In this document: piece by piece, positions 27,602-40,659 of the stretch
Numbering within the stretch: position 1 is the stretch's first letter
Layout: each line of letters begins with the position of its first letter
Translations under genes and position numbers: made by a program
Assembly (NCBI RefSeq): GCF_030684315.1
Contig: NC_081390.1
Span: forward strand, 27,327,288 to 27,391,287
Length of the DNA stretch: 64,000 bases
Reading direction: 5' to 3'
Origin: Stegostoma tigrinum
Lineage: Eukaryota
The notes under the pieces: model-generated
Databases searched by the model: none
Told to the model about the DNA's origin: nothing
Seen by the model: only the letters and a program-made list of their open reading frames with translations

Positions 27602-28538
27602 GTAAGGATAACCAGGAGCTGCTCCTCCAATCAGAAGGCCCTTTTCTCCCATGCTTGCAGGATTGCTGGTGAGCTTGTCAGCAACTGTGGGAGAGAAGCA
27701 GTCAGTGATTGGACGAGCCCCCATGGGGCAACAGGTCTAGAACCCCGAGAGACCCAGGGCCTTGGGCTACAAGTGGTCTGAGGCCCAGGACATTTTGAGG
27801 CGGAGGCCGAGAGCCATGGCAGTGAATCTGTGGCCAGATGAGGTGATAGGAAGCCTCCAGGGAGACTGTGACTTGGGGAGAAGGGATACCAGACCGGAGT
27901 TGCACCACGAGGAGAAGGCAGTGAGAGTCATACGGAGGACTGAAACTGTGAAGCAGCCTGAGATAGTGGTGAGGAGGCCACTGCTGATTTCTCTTACATT
28001 CCATTTTTATAAATAAAACCAACTTTTATCAAACTGTATTTAAATCTCTCCAGAAAATAAAAACATAGCCACTTTGGTTTCAACATCAAATGTTTGCTGA
28101 TGAGGTATTAGTGCAGGTAAATATTTGGAGTGCAAAGCCCCGTGGATTATTTTCTTGAAGTTAAAGGGAATCAGAGTAAGACAGAAGGAGGGAGAGGGAT
28201 CGGAGATATGGGGGACGGGAGGGTGAAAAAGTGCTAGAACAAGGTAAGAGAGAGAAGGTGAATGGTGAAAGGATAAGTGTTGAATGGGAATGGGGAGGGT
28301 GAGAGAGGAAAAGCAGACCATGAGAAGAAGAAACTTCAGGCAGCAAGTCCACCACATTCTCATGTGAGTTCCACCGGGGGCAGCTCAGAGTGCAGAGAGG
28401 ATCCAAGGTCCGTATTAGTTAAATCCAACTTGTTAGTTTGGACCCAGTCACTAACTACTTCCCTGGAGACCATGAATTGGAGCTGATTCTCTCTCTCCCT
28501 CTGTCTTTCTCTCTGTCTCTCCCTCTAGCTTTCTCTCG

Positions 28539-28710
28539 NNNNNNNNNNNNNNNNNNNNNNNNNNNNNNNNNNNNNNNNNNNNNNNNNNNNNNNNNNNNNN
28601 NNNNNNNNNNNNNNNNNNNNNNNNNNNNNNNNNNNNNNNNNNNNNNNNNNNNNNNNNNNNNNNNNNNNNNNNNNNNNNNNNNNNNNNNNNNNNNNNNNNN
28701 NNNNNNNNNN
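28539..28710. other. Assembly gap (172 N), preceded by a CT-rich repeat
   Basis: Run of N. Confidence 1.
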
Positions 28711-29194
28711 CGCCTCCGCCACCATGCCTATCTATCTCACTATATCAAGTGCTGCTTCTAAACCAAAAAGACAAAACTTGACTTTATTATTTTGGCAGTT
28801 TTTAAGGTCATTTCTACCAATTGCTCATTTCAATGATCAAATTATTGCTTTTGAAGTTTGTTTTTTGATGGAATTCATGTTTACTATTGAGGTAATCCCT
28901 TCACTTTCTGAAATTTGCTGTTTGGACCCAAGAGGAAAATAAAATTTGAAATGTGCCAACAAGGTTGGCCTCCTCTGGTGTAATGAATAAAGTTTGATAT
29001 TTTTATGTTTCTCATTCGAGACATCATGGTGTAGAATCTATTTCAGGTTAATTGTTTTTTATGTCATGCTTGAAGATGGCCATACCTCTGTGCCTTTGGT
29101 AAAAACACTTTAAACACAGCTGCTGAACAGAGCCATACTGCTTTCGGACTCTTCCTTGCAAATTTATGTATCATCAAAGCCCAGTGTAAGAGGA

Positions 29195-30015
29195 GAGTCA
29201 TAGAGTCAGACAGCAAGGAAGCAGACCTTTTGGTCAGCATGAACTGGTTGGACCATGTTTCCCAAAGTAAACTGGCCCCACCTGCCTGCATTTGGCCCGA
29301 ACCATTCCTATTCATGTACTTATTGCAGTGTCTTTTAAACATTGTAACTGTGTGTGTATCCACCACTTCCCTCTGATCGTTTATGGAATGAACTAACCCC
29401 TTCTGTGTGGAAAAGTTACCCTTCTTAAATGTTTCTCCTCTCAGCTTAAAAATATGCCAGAAGTTTTGAACTTGCCCACTCTTGGGAAAAGAGCTTTGCT
29501 ATTCAATTTATCCATGCCCTTCACGACTTTATAAGCCTCTATAAGGTCGCCCTTCAACTTTCCATGCTCCAGTGAAAAATGTCCCAGCCTATCTATCAGA
29601 TGCTGGAGTCAAAGATAACAAAGTGTGGAGCTGGAGGAACACGGTAGACCAGGCAGCATCAGAGGAGCAGGAAAGTTGATGTTTTGGGTCAGAAATTTTC
29701 TGAAGAAGCGTCCTGATCGAAAAGGTCAACTTTCCCGCTCCACTGATGCTGCCTGGCCTGCAATGTTCCTCCAGCTCCACACTTTGTTATCCCAGCTTAT
29801 TCTCATATATAACTCAAACCCTCCACTCCTGGCAAATGTTTTCTAAACCCTCTCCAATTTAATAATGTACTTCCTATAACAGGGCAACCAGAACTGAACA
29901 CAGTACTCCAGAAGAAGCCTCACCAATGTCCTGTGCAACCTCAACATGATGTCCCACCCATGCACAATGGTCTGAACAATGAAGGCAAGAATGCTAAATG
30001 CCGCCTTAAGCATCC
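29195..30015 (-). mobile_element. Degraded CR1 3' region interrupted by a short PLE-derived palindrome
   Basis: CR1-type 3' sequence (ctctataaggtc, aactgaacacagtactcc) on both sides of 29593-29790. Confidence 0.8.
29593..29790. mobile_element. Short non-autonomous PLE-derived inverted-repeat element with degenerate hammerhead
   Basis: gataacaaagtgtggagctggaggaaca ... tgttcctccagctccacactttgttatc. Core remnant ctgaagaagcgtcctgatcgaaaaggtc at 29700. TSD CCCAGC(C/T)TAT at 29583-92 and 29791-800. Confidence 0.85.
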
Positions 30016-30389
30016 TACCTCTGACGCAAATTTAACAGCATTTGAGAAAAGTATGGAGCTTTCCCCAAAGAATGACACAACTTAACCACACTGCTGTTAA
30101 GTAACATAATCACTGCAATATCTGTGGGCCATTCAGAACCACACTGGCCTGTGTCCTTTCCCCACAGCTACAGTCACCCCCCTGCACGCCCCAGTGCTCA
30201 TCTTCAACCCTTCTGTTTTGCTATTGAAATCCTTCAAAACCACAGCTTCTTTTAACCCTGCTTTTAGCTTTCTTTCCTCCTCTCTGTATTGCTCCTCTCT
30301 TACACCCCCCCACCCCCCACGACCATAATTCTTTGCAGGCTTTGTTACAAAAAGAACATTCCCTGTAAATGATTTATTCTCATTTGCAG

Positions 30390-30452
30390 ATTGGGATCCA
30401 GAGGGAAAATTTTCAGATGGTTCCAAAATACGAGTTAACAGACACCCTTTCT
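30390..30452 (+). CDS. Candidate 63-nt exon
   Basis: Acceptor ttattctcatttgcAG, donor TCT/gtatgt. Open in phase 0 (IGIQRENFQMVPKYELTDTLS) and phase 1 (xWDPEGKFSDGSKIRVNRHPF). No recognised homology. Confidence 0.25.
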
Positions 30453-33400
30453 GTATGTACACTATACATGGAGAGAACAATACAATGCTTTCCTTCTTTA
30501 TTTTCTCAAGGTCGTGGATTGCAAACCTGCTCCTCATCTCAACCAGCCATCAGGGATTTACAGAAGTAGTTAGAAATGGCTCAGAAATGCTAAACTGCAG
30601 TTCTCCACGGATTGAAATTGGGAGTTGGTGATTTGAAATGAGAGATACGGCCCAAAAAAGTGATATTCACTTTTGTCATTGTATACCATTAATTCTTCCA
30701 TCAATAACCGCAAACAGAAAACCCAGCAGATAGCAGCATCAGAAACTTTCAGAGTAAAAAGTCCAAACCCACGAACACAAATTCATCTTTTGGTTGTGAA
30801 TAACATCCTCTGCTCTTACACCAGAAGTACCAACTAAACAGGAGGAGATGAATTTGCATCTTAACCTGGAGTAGAATCTACTAGTTCCTGTAACATGTAG
30901 AGAGTTTAAAAATCATCCAACTTTAATCTTTAGAAATATTGTAAAAATCTGCATGTAATGGGAATTAAACTGCATTCTATGACATAGTGTATATTTCAAC
31001 TTGCTCAAATTATTGATTTTTGGTCTTCTGGTGTCAGAGCGTTGATTATTTGCCCATATTTAGGGTGGGTGATATTGTCAGCATACTACCATCATGTCAT
31101 AGCTACATTGATAATGTAATTTGCCCATTAAAGCACCCTCATCTGATGTTAGTTAATCTTTAATACAACATTATTTCCACCCCTCACAATTTAATTGATA
31201 AAAGACAGACATCTGTTTGCTGAGTAGGTTCATTTTCTCAATGCAGTGAGCATCTTACCACTGAGCAGTGGGGATCAACAGGCTGTTAATTTACTGGATC
31301 AGGTTCAGGATGGATGGAGTGCAGCTGTCTTTTGCTTTAATTTCAGTATGTAAATGCTCATTTACATTGTCTCTGCTGTGATCCCACCTCTGTGCAGACC
31401 TCTTTGGCATCTCCAAGACTGGCAGCAGTGAACTTCACACAAAAAAACAAAGCGTCAGTAACAGAATTTAAACAAATTAAACAGTCTGCATTTTATTTTT
31501 TATTTTCCCAGTAGGTTTTCAGTGATTAGGATTGAATAGTTTATTGTGATTTTTATACATGATACTGTGCAAAGGAGTTAATACCATTCAAAGACAGATA
31601 TCCCTGTAAGATGACACTGTTATAACAAACTAGCGACAATTGTAACATTCATCCTCCAACATAGTAATTAATATTCTTCAAGTGTGTGTTACCATCAAAT
31701 TTATTGCACCCTGACTGAGAGGCACTGAGAACACTAATTAAAAAGCACGTTTTACCACTGTTAAGAAGTAGCTGGAATTCCTGCATTGAAAACACAATCT
31801 TATCATACCTACTGGAACCCAACAGTTAAGTGAAAAGAATACATGTGAGGAGGCTGAGGAGGCCGAGGGGTAGAGTCAGTCTGTGATGGCAAAGAATCTA
31901 TTGGAGCACATGGCCTTTGATAGAAGGAGGGTCACATCCCATTTTGTTTCATTATATTTCAAATTCATCAGTTGTATCTTCATAGGAGTGTTAGAAAGAA
32001 AAACTGAGAGAAATCTGAAATGAAAATAGAACCTATAGACAATGTTTAAGAGTAATCTTTCTGCTAGTTGTACCCCTCAATTGAAATGCAAATATCACAA
32101 AGATATTTCAGAATATCAGGTCAACGCTTTAAGAATGACCACTTTTCAGAACTCCGTTCCATAGTGAATGAATAAACACTTATTCATTAAATTGTTTTCA
32201 GTGTAAAAATTCTCAAGAGGCTTAATCTGGCATCTGCGATAACTTGTGCCGCTAAACCATCTGCTTGTGAGCAGCAAAGGCTTATGTTCCTGGTATGAAC
32301 GTGAGAAATTAAGCAGCTAGGAATTCCTTATAAACAATAAGATTTTACAGCACTTGTTCTGATTGCCTGTTATTTGTGTTTACCCTTGACTTAAATACGA
32401 TAGTCTGGGAGCATGTGTTTGTCAATAGCAACAATAACTCTAATTTTATGAGTGAAACCTCTAGGAGGTATCCAAAACACAGAAGCCATGGTGGATAGTG
32501 AGTAGAATGGAAAAGGTAGTGACCAGCAAAGACATGGTCGAGGTTTGGGGGGGATGCGGTTTGAAACCAAGCAGGGAGGTAATGAGGGATCTGCAGATCA
32601 AGAGACTCAGTCTGCAAAGAAGGACCGACCAAGGGAGCAGGGGCAAGCTGTGCCTTTAGGCTCTGAGACATGACATTGTGTTCAGGGACATACAGCAGCA
32701 GGGGAACAGTGAGAAAGTGGTGAAATGTGGCCATGGAAGAAGATAAAGGGATTATTCATATATTGAAGTCAAGTCGGTGTCTTCAGTTCTGAACCTTGTA
32801 ACTGAGATCCATTATAGGGTTAAAGCCGTTTTCCTTCAGAAAGGGACCTGAACAGCTTCCTTACAAGGATCAAGGCGATAATCTAGTTAAAGTGGTTGAA
32901 TTTACTGGAAAAGGATTCCCAATTTAATATAACTGCCTAGGTACAGAATACAAGTCTCTTAACCATCCATTAAAATGATGAGGCCTACATTATATTTTTC
33001 CTATGCACTGCTCTGGATGTAAAATGCAATATTATTATGTTCATTGCACTGACTGTCCTATCCCACTGACCTTCCACTCACTCCCTACATACACTTGTCT
33101 CTCCCTACCTTTTGTCATGTGTGCAGGTTTTGCCCCAGTGAGGATGTTGGATATTTCACTGCTTGAGAGAGTGATTGAAATTCAGGTTGGCAATCAGTGT
33201 ATTGGATGACATTTGAAATGTGACATTTGAAGTATGAGAAGCATCTTCAGAATTACCTACAAATGAACTGATTCTCCCATGGTGGTGTTTGTGGATATCC
33301 CTGAGTGCAGTTATAATGTTTAGCTCTCCAATCACAATGGCTGAATGCTCACCAGCAGGGGACATTGGTTGTAGAACTTTGTAGAATTATTAATCTTTCT

Positions 33401-33679
33401 CCTTGGGAGACAACACACAGGATGCTCTCCAGCATTACAGAATCAGCAGAGGGCAGTTCAGGAATTTAATAGATTTAACATAAGTATTTAATATTATAAC
33501 ATTTTTGAGTGTATCTCTCACACATGTCATATCGATGAAGCAGAACTAACCATTTGAAAAATGAATAGAATTTTTTTTTCCTGCACTGTCTTTCTACTGA
33601 TAATATAACACACTAGAAATGAAAATTGAAGAAATTTTGCTAAACCTGTGTTAATTAGACAGGTGAGCTGAAAGTTACA

Positions 33680-34160
33680 GTACTGCATGCAATTCTGGTT
33701 GTCATATTATAAAAACGGTCCAGAGACTGAAGAGACAGCAAACAAGATTTACAAGGATCTTGCATAAATATGAGACTTCACATTTCAGAAAAAGAGTGAT
33801 AGACTAGGTCTTCTTGAAAAGAGGCTAAGGGTTGATCTAATAGAGGTATTTGAAATTAATCCGATTTTGCTAGCTTTGATACAGAGAAAATGTGCAGACC
33901 TTTTCCATCAATATGCGACAGATACAAAAAAATCCAACAGAGAACTTAAGAGAAGATGTCATAGTGTGAATGTAGAATTCACCAACACACCAGGGTGGCT
34001 GAAGTGAATGGTCTAGATGTGGAAATGGAAATGAGACAAACACGAGTGGTGAAGGGAATAAAGCTTAACGAAGATGGACTTAGATGATGAAAAATAAGTG
34101 GATTCTGAAGCACCAGATGGACTATAGGGGCCAAATGGCCTATTTCTGCATTGTATATCC
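33680..34160 (+). mobile_element. Old CR1-type fragment
   Basis: aggctaaggggttgatctaatagaggtattt; 3' ggggccaaatggcctatttctgcattgta. Confidence 0.65.
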
Positions 34161-35354
34161 CACGTGATGTAATCTCAAGCAATAGTGAGTCCCTAATTGT
34201 CCTTATGAGTTGCATATTTAAGTCTATTGTTTACAGCACCTATCTGAGAGATAAGCTTAAAGATGGAGCCTAGAGACTTGTGACGCCAGAAAGTTTGGGT
34301 TTAACTCCTGCTTGACTTGGAGGTGTGACAGAACATGTCTGAACAGGTTAATTAAAATAACTGAGTGTAGTCTTGTTAGCAGATAAATGATGCTGTTTCA
34401 GACCCAAGTCTCAAATGTCATATCCACCAACAATCCACAATTTCATTATAAAACAAAGAGTGGTCACTAGTTCATGCTGAGGTCAGTATCATCATCATTA
34501 TTGCAGTTTTATAAATTTACCAAGAGTTGGAGATATGTAAACTTGCTTTACTGTTGGCGATAAATCTGCAGTTATTCTTGTGGCCTATATAGATTACCAG
34601 GAACAGCGATGCTTGTTCTTCATCCCTTGGAGGTGTCCAGAGTGTGGGCAGCCTCAGCTAGTGGAGACACAAGCACTGATATCCCTAACACCAGATTATT
34701 TTTCTGAATATCATATAGATATCGGCAATGTCTGCTCACTGGCTTCAGGGAGATGATCACAGAATTTGATATAGTGGCTTTAAATATTGTTTTACCTGCA
34801 CAACCATTTCTAATATCATCTGCATGAATCGACCACTTAAGTAGAACTGCTTGAGGTGTTACAACATTCTTTGATCACAGTACAGGAAGAATGAACTGAA
34901 ATTTTCTCCAGCCTCCTACATCAATAGTAAAATGCTAAATGTTTAAAGAGTTGGAAATGTTAATATGTGCCTTGCAATGTGATCTGTATTGTGTACTGTA
35001 CTAGAGCGTGTGACACTGTTGAAATCTGAAGCAATACCTACCTCATACAGTGGGGAAGTCTGTGTGTCAAAGGCAATAAAAAAGAATTACCTGAGAAGAT
35101 GGTAATGGGTTTCTGCATTTAGGTTACCTCTGCCTTGGTATAGGGATCATTGTAGCTCTAGACACTGGTGAAGCGTTGAGCAGTGACTGGTCAGTTAAGA
35201 GGGTCTTCCCATAGAATCAGAGAAGCTTATAGCACATGAGGAGACAGTTCGTCCTTTTGCATATGCTAGCTCTTTTAGCACACTTCCTTTCTGTTTTCCC
35301 ACATCTCTGCATTTTCTTTCCTTTTTAAGTGCACGATTCTGTTTTGACAGTTAT

Positions 35355-35428
35355 TGAATCTACCCCCATTGCCCTTCAGGCAACTTTCTGAATCTACCCC
35401 CATTGCCCTTCAGGCAACTTTCTGAATC
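35355..35428. repeat. 34-bp exact tandem duplication
   Basis: tgaatctacccccattgcccttcaggcaactttc twice, plus tgaatc. Confidence 0.9.
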
Positions 35429-35774
35429 AGTGTTCCAGGTCACAGCAGCCCACTATGTCACATTTATTTTGTGGATGTTGCCTCTAATATTTTTGCCAAT
35501 TCCATTAAATCTGATATCCTCTGGTTACCTCCAGCTGTGGAAGCATTTTATCCATATCCATTGAGAAGCTTCCCATATTCACTGGGATTCATACTCACTT
35601 TCAAATAGTCGGCATGAAAAATTTTCTCACCATTTTATGGTTTAAAAAATCGCAGTTTTTGTTTCTGCTGGAGTCTAGAATTTTAATCATGAGATAGCTT
35701 TTAAACTGGAGTAACATTTATTTATTAACACACTTGGCGAAGATGATCATCTCCGAGCAGTTTTCCAGGAGAGG

Positions 35775-35925
35775 AGTCAGAAGTCACACAACACCCAGGT
35801 ATAGTCCAACAGGTGCTTCCCTCCACTTCACCGAATGAAGAAACAGTGTTCCAAAAGCTTGTGATTTCAAATAAACCTGTTGGGCTATAACCTGGTGTCA
35901 TGTGACTTCTAACTTTGCCCACACC
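35775..35925. mobile_element. Short inverted-repeat element, probably PLE-derived, with decayed hammerhead-like centre
   Basis: agtcagaagtcacacaacacccaggtatagtccaacagg pairs with cctgttgggctataacctggtgtcatgtgacttctaact; centre ccgaatgaagaaacagtgttccaaaagct. Confidence 0.7.
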
Positions 35926-36629
35926 AGCAGAAGAAAACAGTGAGAAATGTGTGGGAAGTTAGCAATGGGGAGATGGATCCAGATACCAGCTTCTGAAGGA
36001 GGAGAGAAAGGCTGCAATGCAGGGTGGTTTAAGGGAGAGCATTCTAAAGCTAGGGTAAACTGAAAAAAGTGGAGTGTGGGCAGTAAATGAAAACCTAGAG
36101 GCATTGGGGTATAAAAACATAACATATGGGAGCAGGCTTAGACTGTTTCACCCGTTAAACCTATACTACCATTCAATATGATCTTTGGAGTGAAGAGGAG
36201 CAAAAGGTGATTTTTATTTTAAAACCACAAAAGATGGCAGAGCAGATGCTGAAAGAATGTTTCTCTTGTGGGAGAAACTTTAACTTAGGGACACAGTTTA
36301 AAAAGGAGGGATTTCCCGTTTAAGACTGTGGTGAGGAGAAGTGTTATTCTGAACCTCTTCACTCGAAAGCGGTGAAGTCGGGGCGTTTGAGTTTTTTTTG
36401 AAGGCAGCGTTAGGTGGACACTTATCTGTCAAAGGAGTTAAAGGATATTGTGGGAAGGTTGAAAAATTAGGTTGAGGCCACAGCCAGATTAAGCCAACAA
36501 GTTACAAGAGTAGGCCACTCAACCCTTCGAGCCTGCTGTGCCATTCAATAAGATCATGACAGATCTGATTTTAACCTCAACTCTATGTTCCTTCTTTCTT
36601 AGCTCTTTTAAGTTTTAGCAAAGATTTGT

Positions 36630-36925
36630 AAACGACACAATGAACCTTCCCTAATATAGTACAGTCAGACAATGAAGGCCATCAGTTTAACTGGGACAAT
36701 GTAACCATAGTAGCCCAAGCCAAGCATGGACATGCATGAGATTTCCTAGAGGTATGGTTCTCAACCCCTAATGCAATCAACAAGCATATAGAATTAGACC
36801 CCATACACAAACCCATACAAATCAAAATTAGAAATGACATTACTCACCAGAACAGACTGGGCAGTATAAATTCCATGTCGAGTAGAACAGCATCATTTAT
36901 CGCTGGCCTCACTGATGTCACCTGC
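36630..36925 (+). mobile_element. Degraded Penelope-like 3' fragment
   Basis: Similar to 10265-10560 (gaaggccatcagtttaactgggacaa, gagatttcctagaggtatgg, ctcactgatgtcacc). Confidence 0.7.
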
Positions 36926-36929
36926 ATCA

Positions 36930-37900
36930 CTGACTTTTGAGAAAGAGAATTCCAAAGAGACTTAGCCCTCTGAGAGAAAAAAAAGTTTCCTCTTCACTAA
37001 ATAGACAGCCATTATTTTTAAACAATGACCTCTAGTTCTAGATTCTCCCATTAGAGGAAACATCATTTCAACATCCACCTGGTCACGGCCCATCAGCATC
37101 TTGTGTGTTTCAATTAAGTCGCCTCTGACTCTTCTAAACTGCAGAGGATACAAGATTCCTCAGAAGGCAATCTGCTCAATCTGTGTATTAGTCTAGCGAA
37201 CTGCTTCCAACACATTAACATCCTACTGTAAGTACCATATCCAGTATTTAGCACAGTACTCCAGATGCAGTCTTACCAATGACATGCATAACTGAAACAT
37301 AACCTTCCTACTCTTGCATTCAGTTCAACTCACTATAAATCATAACATTCTATGATTTTTCCTGATTACTGGCTGCACTCACAGACTAACCTGCTATGAT
37401 TCATGCACTAGCACACCCAGATCTCTCTGCAGCTCAGAGCTCTGCACCCTCTCACCATTTAGGTAATGCAATTGTTTTTATTCTTTTTGCTGAACCTCGA
37501 CACCACGAGATTCTATATTCCCTAATAAACTTTGATGTGGCACCTAGTCAAATATGTTCTGGAAGTCTAAGTACAGTACCTCCATTGGTTAAAAATATTT
37601 TCCCTTTAACAACACCGTATTAGCTCTGCTTGATTAACCTTGAACTTATCCAAATGATCTGTTGTAACATTTTTTATAATAGCTTTTAACATTTTCCCTC
37701 TGAAAGATGTTACACTAACTGGCCTGTAGTTTCTTGCCATCTGCCTCTCTCCAGTTTTGAATAAGGCTATTTTTCAATCTAAAGGAACCTTCCCTGAAGC
37801 CATTGAAGTTTGGAAAATTAGGACCAATGTGTCAACTATTTGGCTACATTTTTCCAAGACCCTGAAATTCATCAGGACCTGGGGACTAAATGTCCCATAA
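36930..37900 (-). mobile_element. Degraded CR1 LINE
   Basis: ORF RRVRGDLIETHKMLMGRDQVDVEMMFPLMGESRTRGH, and upstream taactggcctgtagtt (NYRPVS in reverse). Confidence 0.8.
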
Positions 37901-38015
37901 CCTTCAATATTTAGATCCCAGTCCAGATCACCTTGTAGCCACATCTCAGTTATGACTAGCCGATTGTACTTCTTTATCTGAATTTGTTTTCAAATACAGG
38001 GCCTTAAATTTTGTC

Positions 38016-39390
38016 AGAGATAACAAGAACTGCAGATGCTGGAGAATTTGAGATAACAAGGTGTAGAGCTGGATGAACACAGCAGGCCAAGCGGCATCAG
38101 AAGAGCAGGAAGGCTGACATTTTGGACCTAGACCCTTCTTCAGAAATAGGGGAGGAGAAGGGGGTTCTGAAATAAATAGGGAGAGAGGGGGAGGCGGATA
38201 GAAGATGGATAGAGGAGAAGATAGGTGGAGAGGAGACAGACAGGTCAACGAGGCGGGAATGGAGTCAGTAAAGGTGAGTGTAGGTGGAGGGGTAGGGAGG
38301 GGATAGGTCAGTCTAGGGAGGACGGACAGGTCAAGGGGACAGGATGAGGTTAGTAGGTTTGTGATGGGGGTTGGGCTTGAGGTGGGAGGTGGGGGTAGGT
38401 GGGAGGAAGGACAGGTTAGGGAGGCGGGGACGAGCTGGGCAGGTTTTGGGATGAGGGTGGGGAGGGAAAAATGTCCCCTTTCTGGAGGGACCATTCTCTC
38501 AGTGTCTGCCTTGTCTGCTCCACACTCCCCTCCAGCCCCACCACACCCAGCACTTTTCCCTGCAACCGCAGGAAGTGCTACGCTTGCCCCTACACCTCCC
38601 CCTTCCCCCCCCGCCAATCCCAGGCTCCAAGAAGAATTTCCACATCAAGCAGATGTTCATCTGCACATCTGCTAATGTGGTATGCTACATCCGCTGTTCC
38701 CGTCGTGGCCTCCTCTACATCGGGGAAACCAAGCGGAGGTTTGGGGACCGCCTTGCAGAACACCTACACTCGGTTTGCACTAAACAACTGCGCCTCCTAG
38801 TCGCGAGCCATTTCAACTCCCCCTCCCATTCCTCAGACGACATGTCCATCATTAGCCTCCTGCAGTGCCACTATGATGCCACCCGAAGGTTGCAGGAACA
38901 GCAACTCATATTCTGCTTGGGAACCCTGCAGCCCAATGGTATCAATGTGGATTTCACAAGCTTCAAAATCTCCCCTTCCCCCACTGTATCCCAAAACCAG
39001 CCCAGCTTGTCCCCACCACCCTAACCAGTCCTTCCTCCCACCTAAATCCTCCTCCCACCCCAAGGCCCACCCCAATCTCCGACCTACTAACCTCATCCCG
39101 CCCCCTTGACCTGTCTGTCCTCCCTGGACTGACCTATCCCCTCCCTAACTGCCCACCTACACTCACCTTTACTGGCTCCATCTGCCTCTCTTTGACCTGT
39201 CTGTCTCCTCTCCATCTATCTCCTCCTCTATCCATCTTCTATCTTCCTCCGCTTCTCTCCCTATTTATTTCAAAATCCCTTGCCCCTCCCCATTTCTGAA
39301 GAAGGGCCTTGGCCCGAAACGTCAGCCTTCCTGCTCCTCTGATGCTGGCTGGCCTGCTGTGTTCATCCAGCTCTACACCTTGTTATCTCT
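38016..39390. mobile_element. Penelope-like element (Neptune-type), truncated, with inverted terminal repeats
   Basis: GIY-YIG ORF 38575..39024 (VVCYIRCSRRGLLYIGETKRRFGDRLAEH), preceded by the Cys linker PCNRRKCYAC. 38016-~38465 is an inverted copy of the 3' part. TSD TTAAAT(T/G)TTGTC at 38004-15 and 39391-402. Confidence 0.9.
39296..39323 (+). ncRNA. Minimal hammerhead ribozyme core
   Basis: CTGAAGA-agggc-cttg-gccc-GAAAC-GTC. Confidence 0.75.
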
Positions 39391-39949
39391 TTAAATGTTG
39401 TCCTTGTGTACATGTAACCTCTAGTCGTGAGTAGTGATTTGCTCTGTCCCTTTTTGTCATTATGTTTATAATTTCCCTCATCAATTCCATTTTTTACATT
39501 TTAGCCACAACTTCCTAAATTTGGCCCTTTCCCCCTACTGTTTAGTTTAAAACCCACTCTGCTTTTCCAGTTCATTGTTTTGCAGCAACACGGTCCCATA
39601 CAGTTCAGGTGCAGCCATCCCACAAGCACAGATCCCACTTTCCCTGGTATTGGTACTGATGCCCCACGCTTTGGAACACACTTCACCTACACCAGTCTTT
39701 CCACCAAGTATTCATTGGTCTAACCTTGTTTACCTTATGCTAATTTGCATGTGGCTCAGGCAATAATCCAGAGATTGTTATGTTTGATGTTCAACTTCTT
39801 AATTTGGTGCCTATGTCTCCATATTATTCATGGAGAATGTTTTTCCTAGTTTTGCCTATGTCATTGGTTCCTCCATGGAACCACGCAAACTGTGTCCCCC
39901 CCCACCTCTGCAATGCAACTTCTTCTCCAGCCCAGAGCAGATATCCTTA

Positions 39950-40047
39950 AAAACTAAAACAATGGTAGGTGCTGTAAATCAGAGACAAAAATAGAAATTG
40001 CTGGAAAAGCTCCGCAGTGTATGTAGAGAGAAATCAGAGCTAACGTT
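39950..40047 (-). mobile_element. Short PLE-terminal-repeat-derived element (partial)
   Basis: gctgtaaatcagagacaaaaatagaaattgctggaaaagctc...aaatcagagctaacgtt. Confidence 0.65.
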
Positions 40048-40133
40048 CCTCGCTGCAGACATGTTGGGACTGAATCAGTTCTGTCCAGTAGGACTTTTCT
40101 TTACTCGCAGAGGCCTATTATATCAAATACTTA

Positions 40134-40453
40134 GGGCAGCACAGCAGCCTCACAGCACTTGGCCCCCGGGTTCATTCCCACCCTCAGGTGACTGTCTGTG
40201 TGGAGTTTGCACATTCTCCCTGTGTCTGCCTGGGTTTCCTTCGGGTGCTCCAGGTTCCTCCCACAGTCCAAAGATGTGCAGGTTAGGCAGATTGGCCATG
40301 CTAAATGTCTCAGAGTCCAGGGATGTACAGGCTCGGGGGGACATGTGTGGTTATGGGGTAGAGGGCTAGGTCTGGGTGGGATGCTCTTGAGAGGATCAAT
40401 GCAGACTCACTGGGGCCAAATAGTCTGCTTCCACTTTGTAAAGATTCTATGAT
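40134..40453 (+). mobile_element. tRNA-derived SINE, HE1/V-SINE type
   Basis: cctcacagc...gggttc...tgtggagtttgcacattctccc...ctcccacagtccaaagatgtgcaggttagg, ending attctatgatt. Confidence 0.85.
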
Positions 40454-40631
40454 TCACCTGCTACAGACTACATAAGAAAGGCTGATGCAGTGTTATATCT
40501 TGTACTAGGTAAAATGGCCAATGCAAATGGCAGTGAAAATGGGAACTGCAGATGCTGGAGAATCCAAGATAACACGGTGTGGAGCTGGATGAACACAGCA
40601 GGCCAAGCAGCATCTCAGGAGCACATAAGCT

Positions 40632-40659
40632 GACGTTTCGGGCCTCGACCCTTCATCAG
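40632..40659 (-). ncRNA. Minimal hammerhead ribozyme core
   Basis: Reverse complement CTGATGA-agggt-cgag-gccc-GAAAC-GTC. Confidence 0.75.

Noticed and set aside
28438-28761. ORFs spanning the N run
   Set aside because: Artefacts of the assembly gap.
37946-38617. 223-aa Pro-rich minus-strand ORF
   Set aside because: It is a reading of the PLE terminal repeat and spans the inversion junction; not a host gene.
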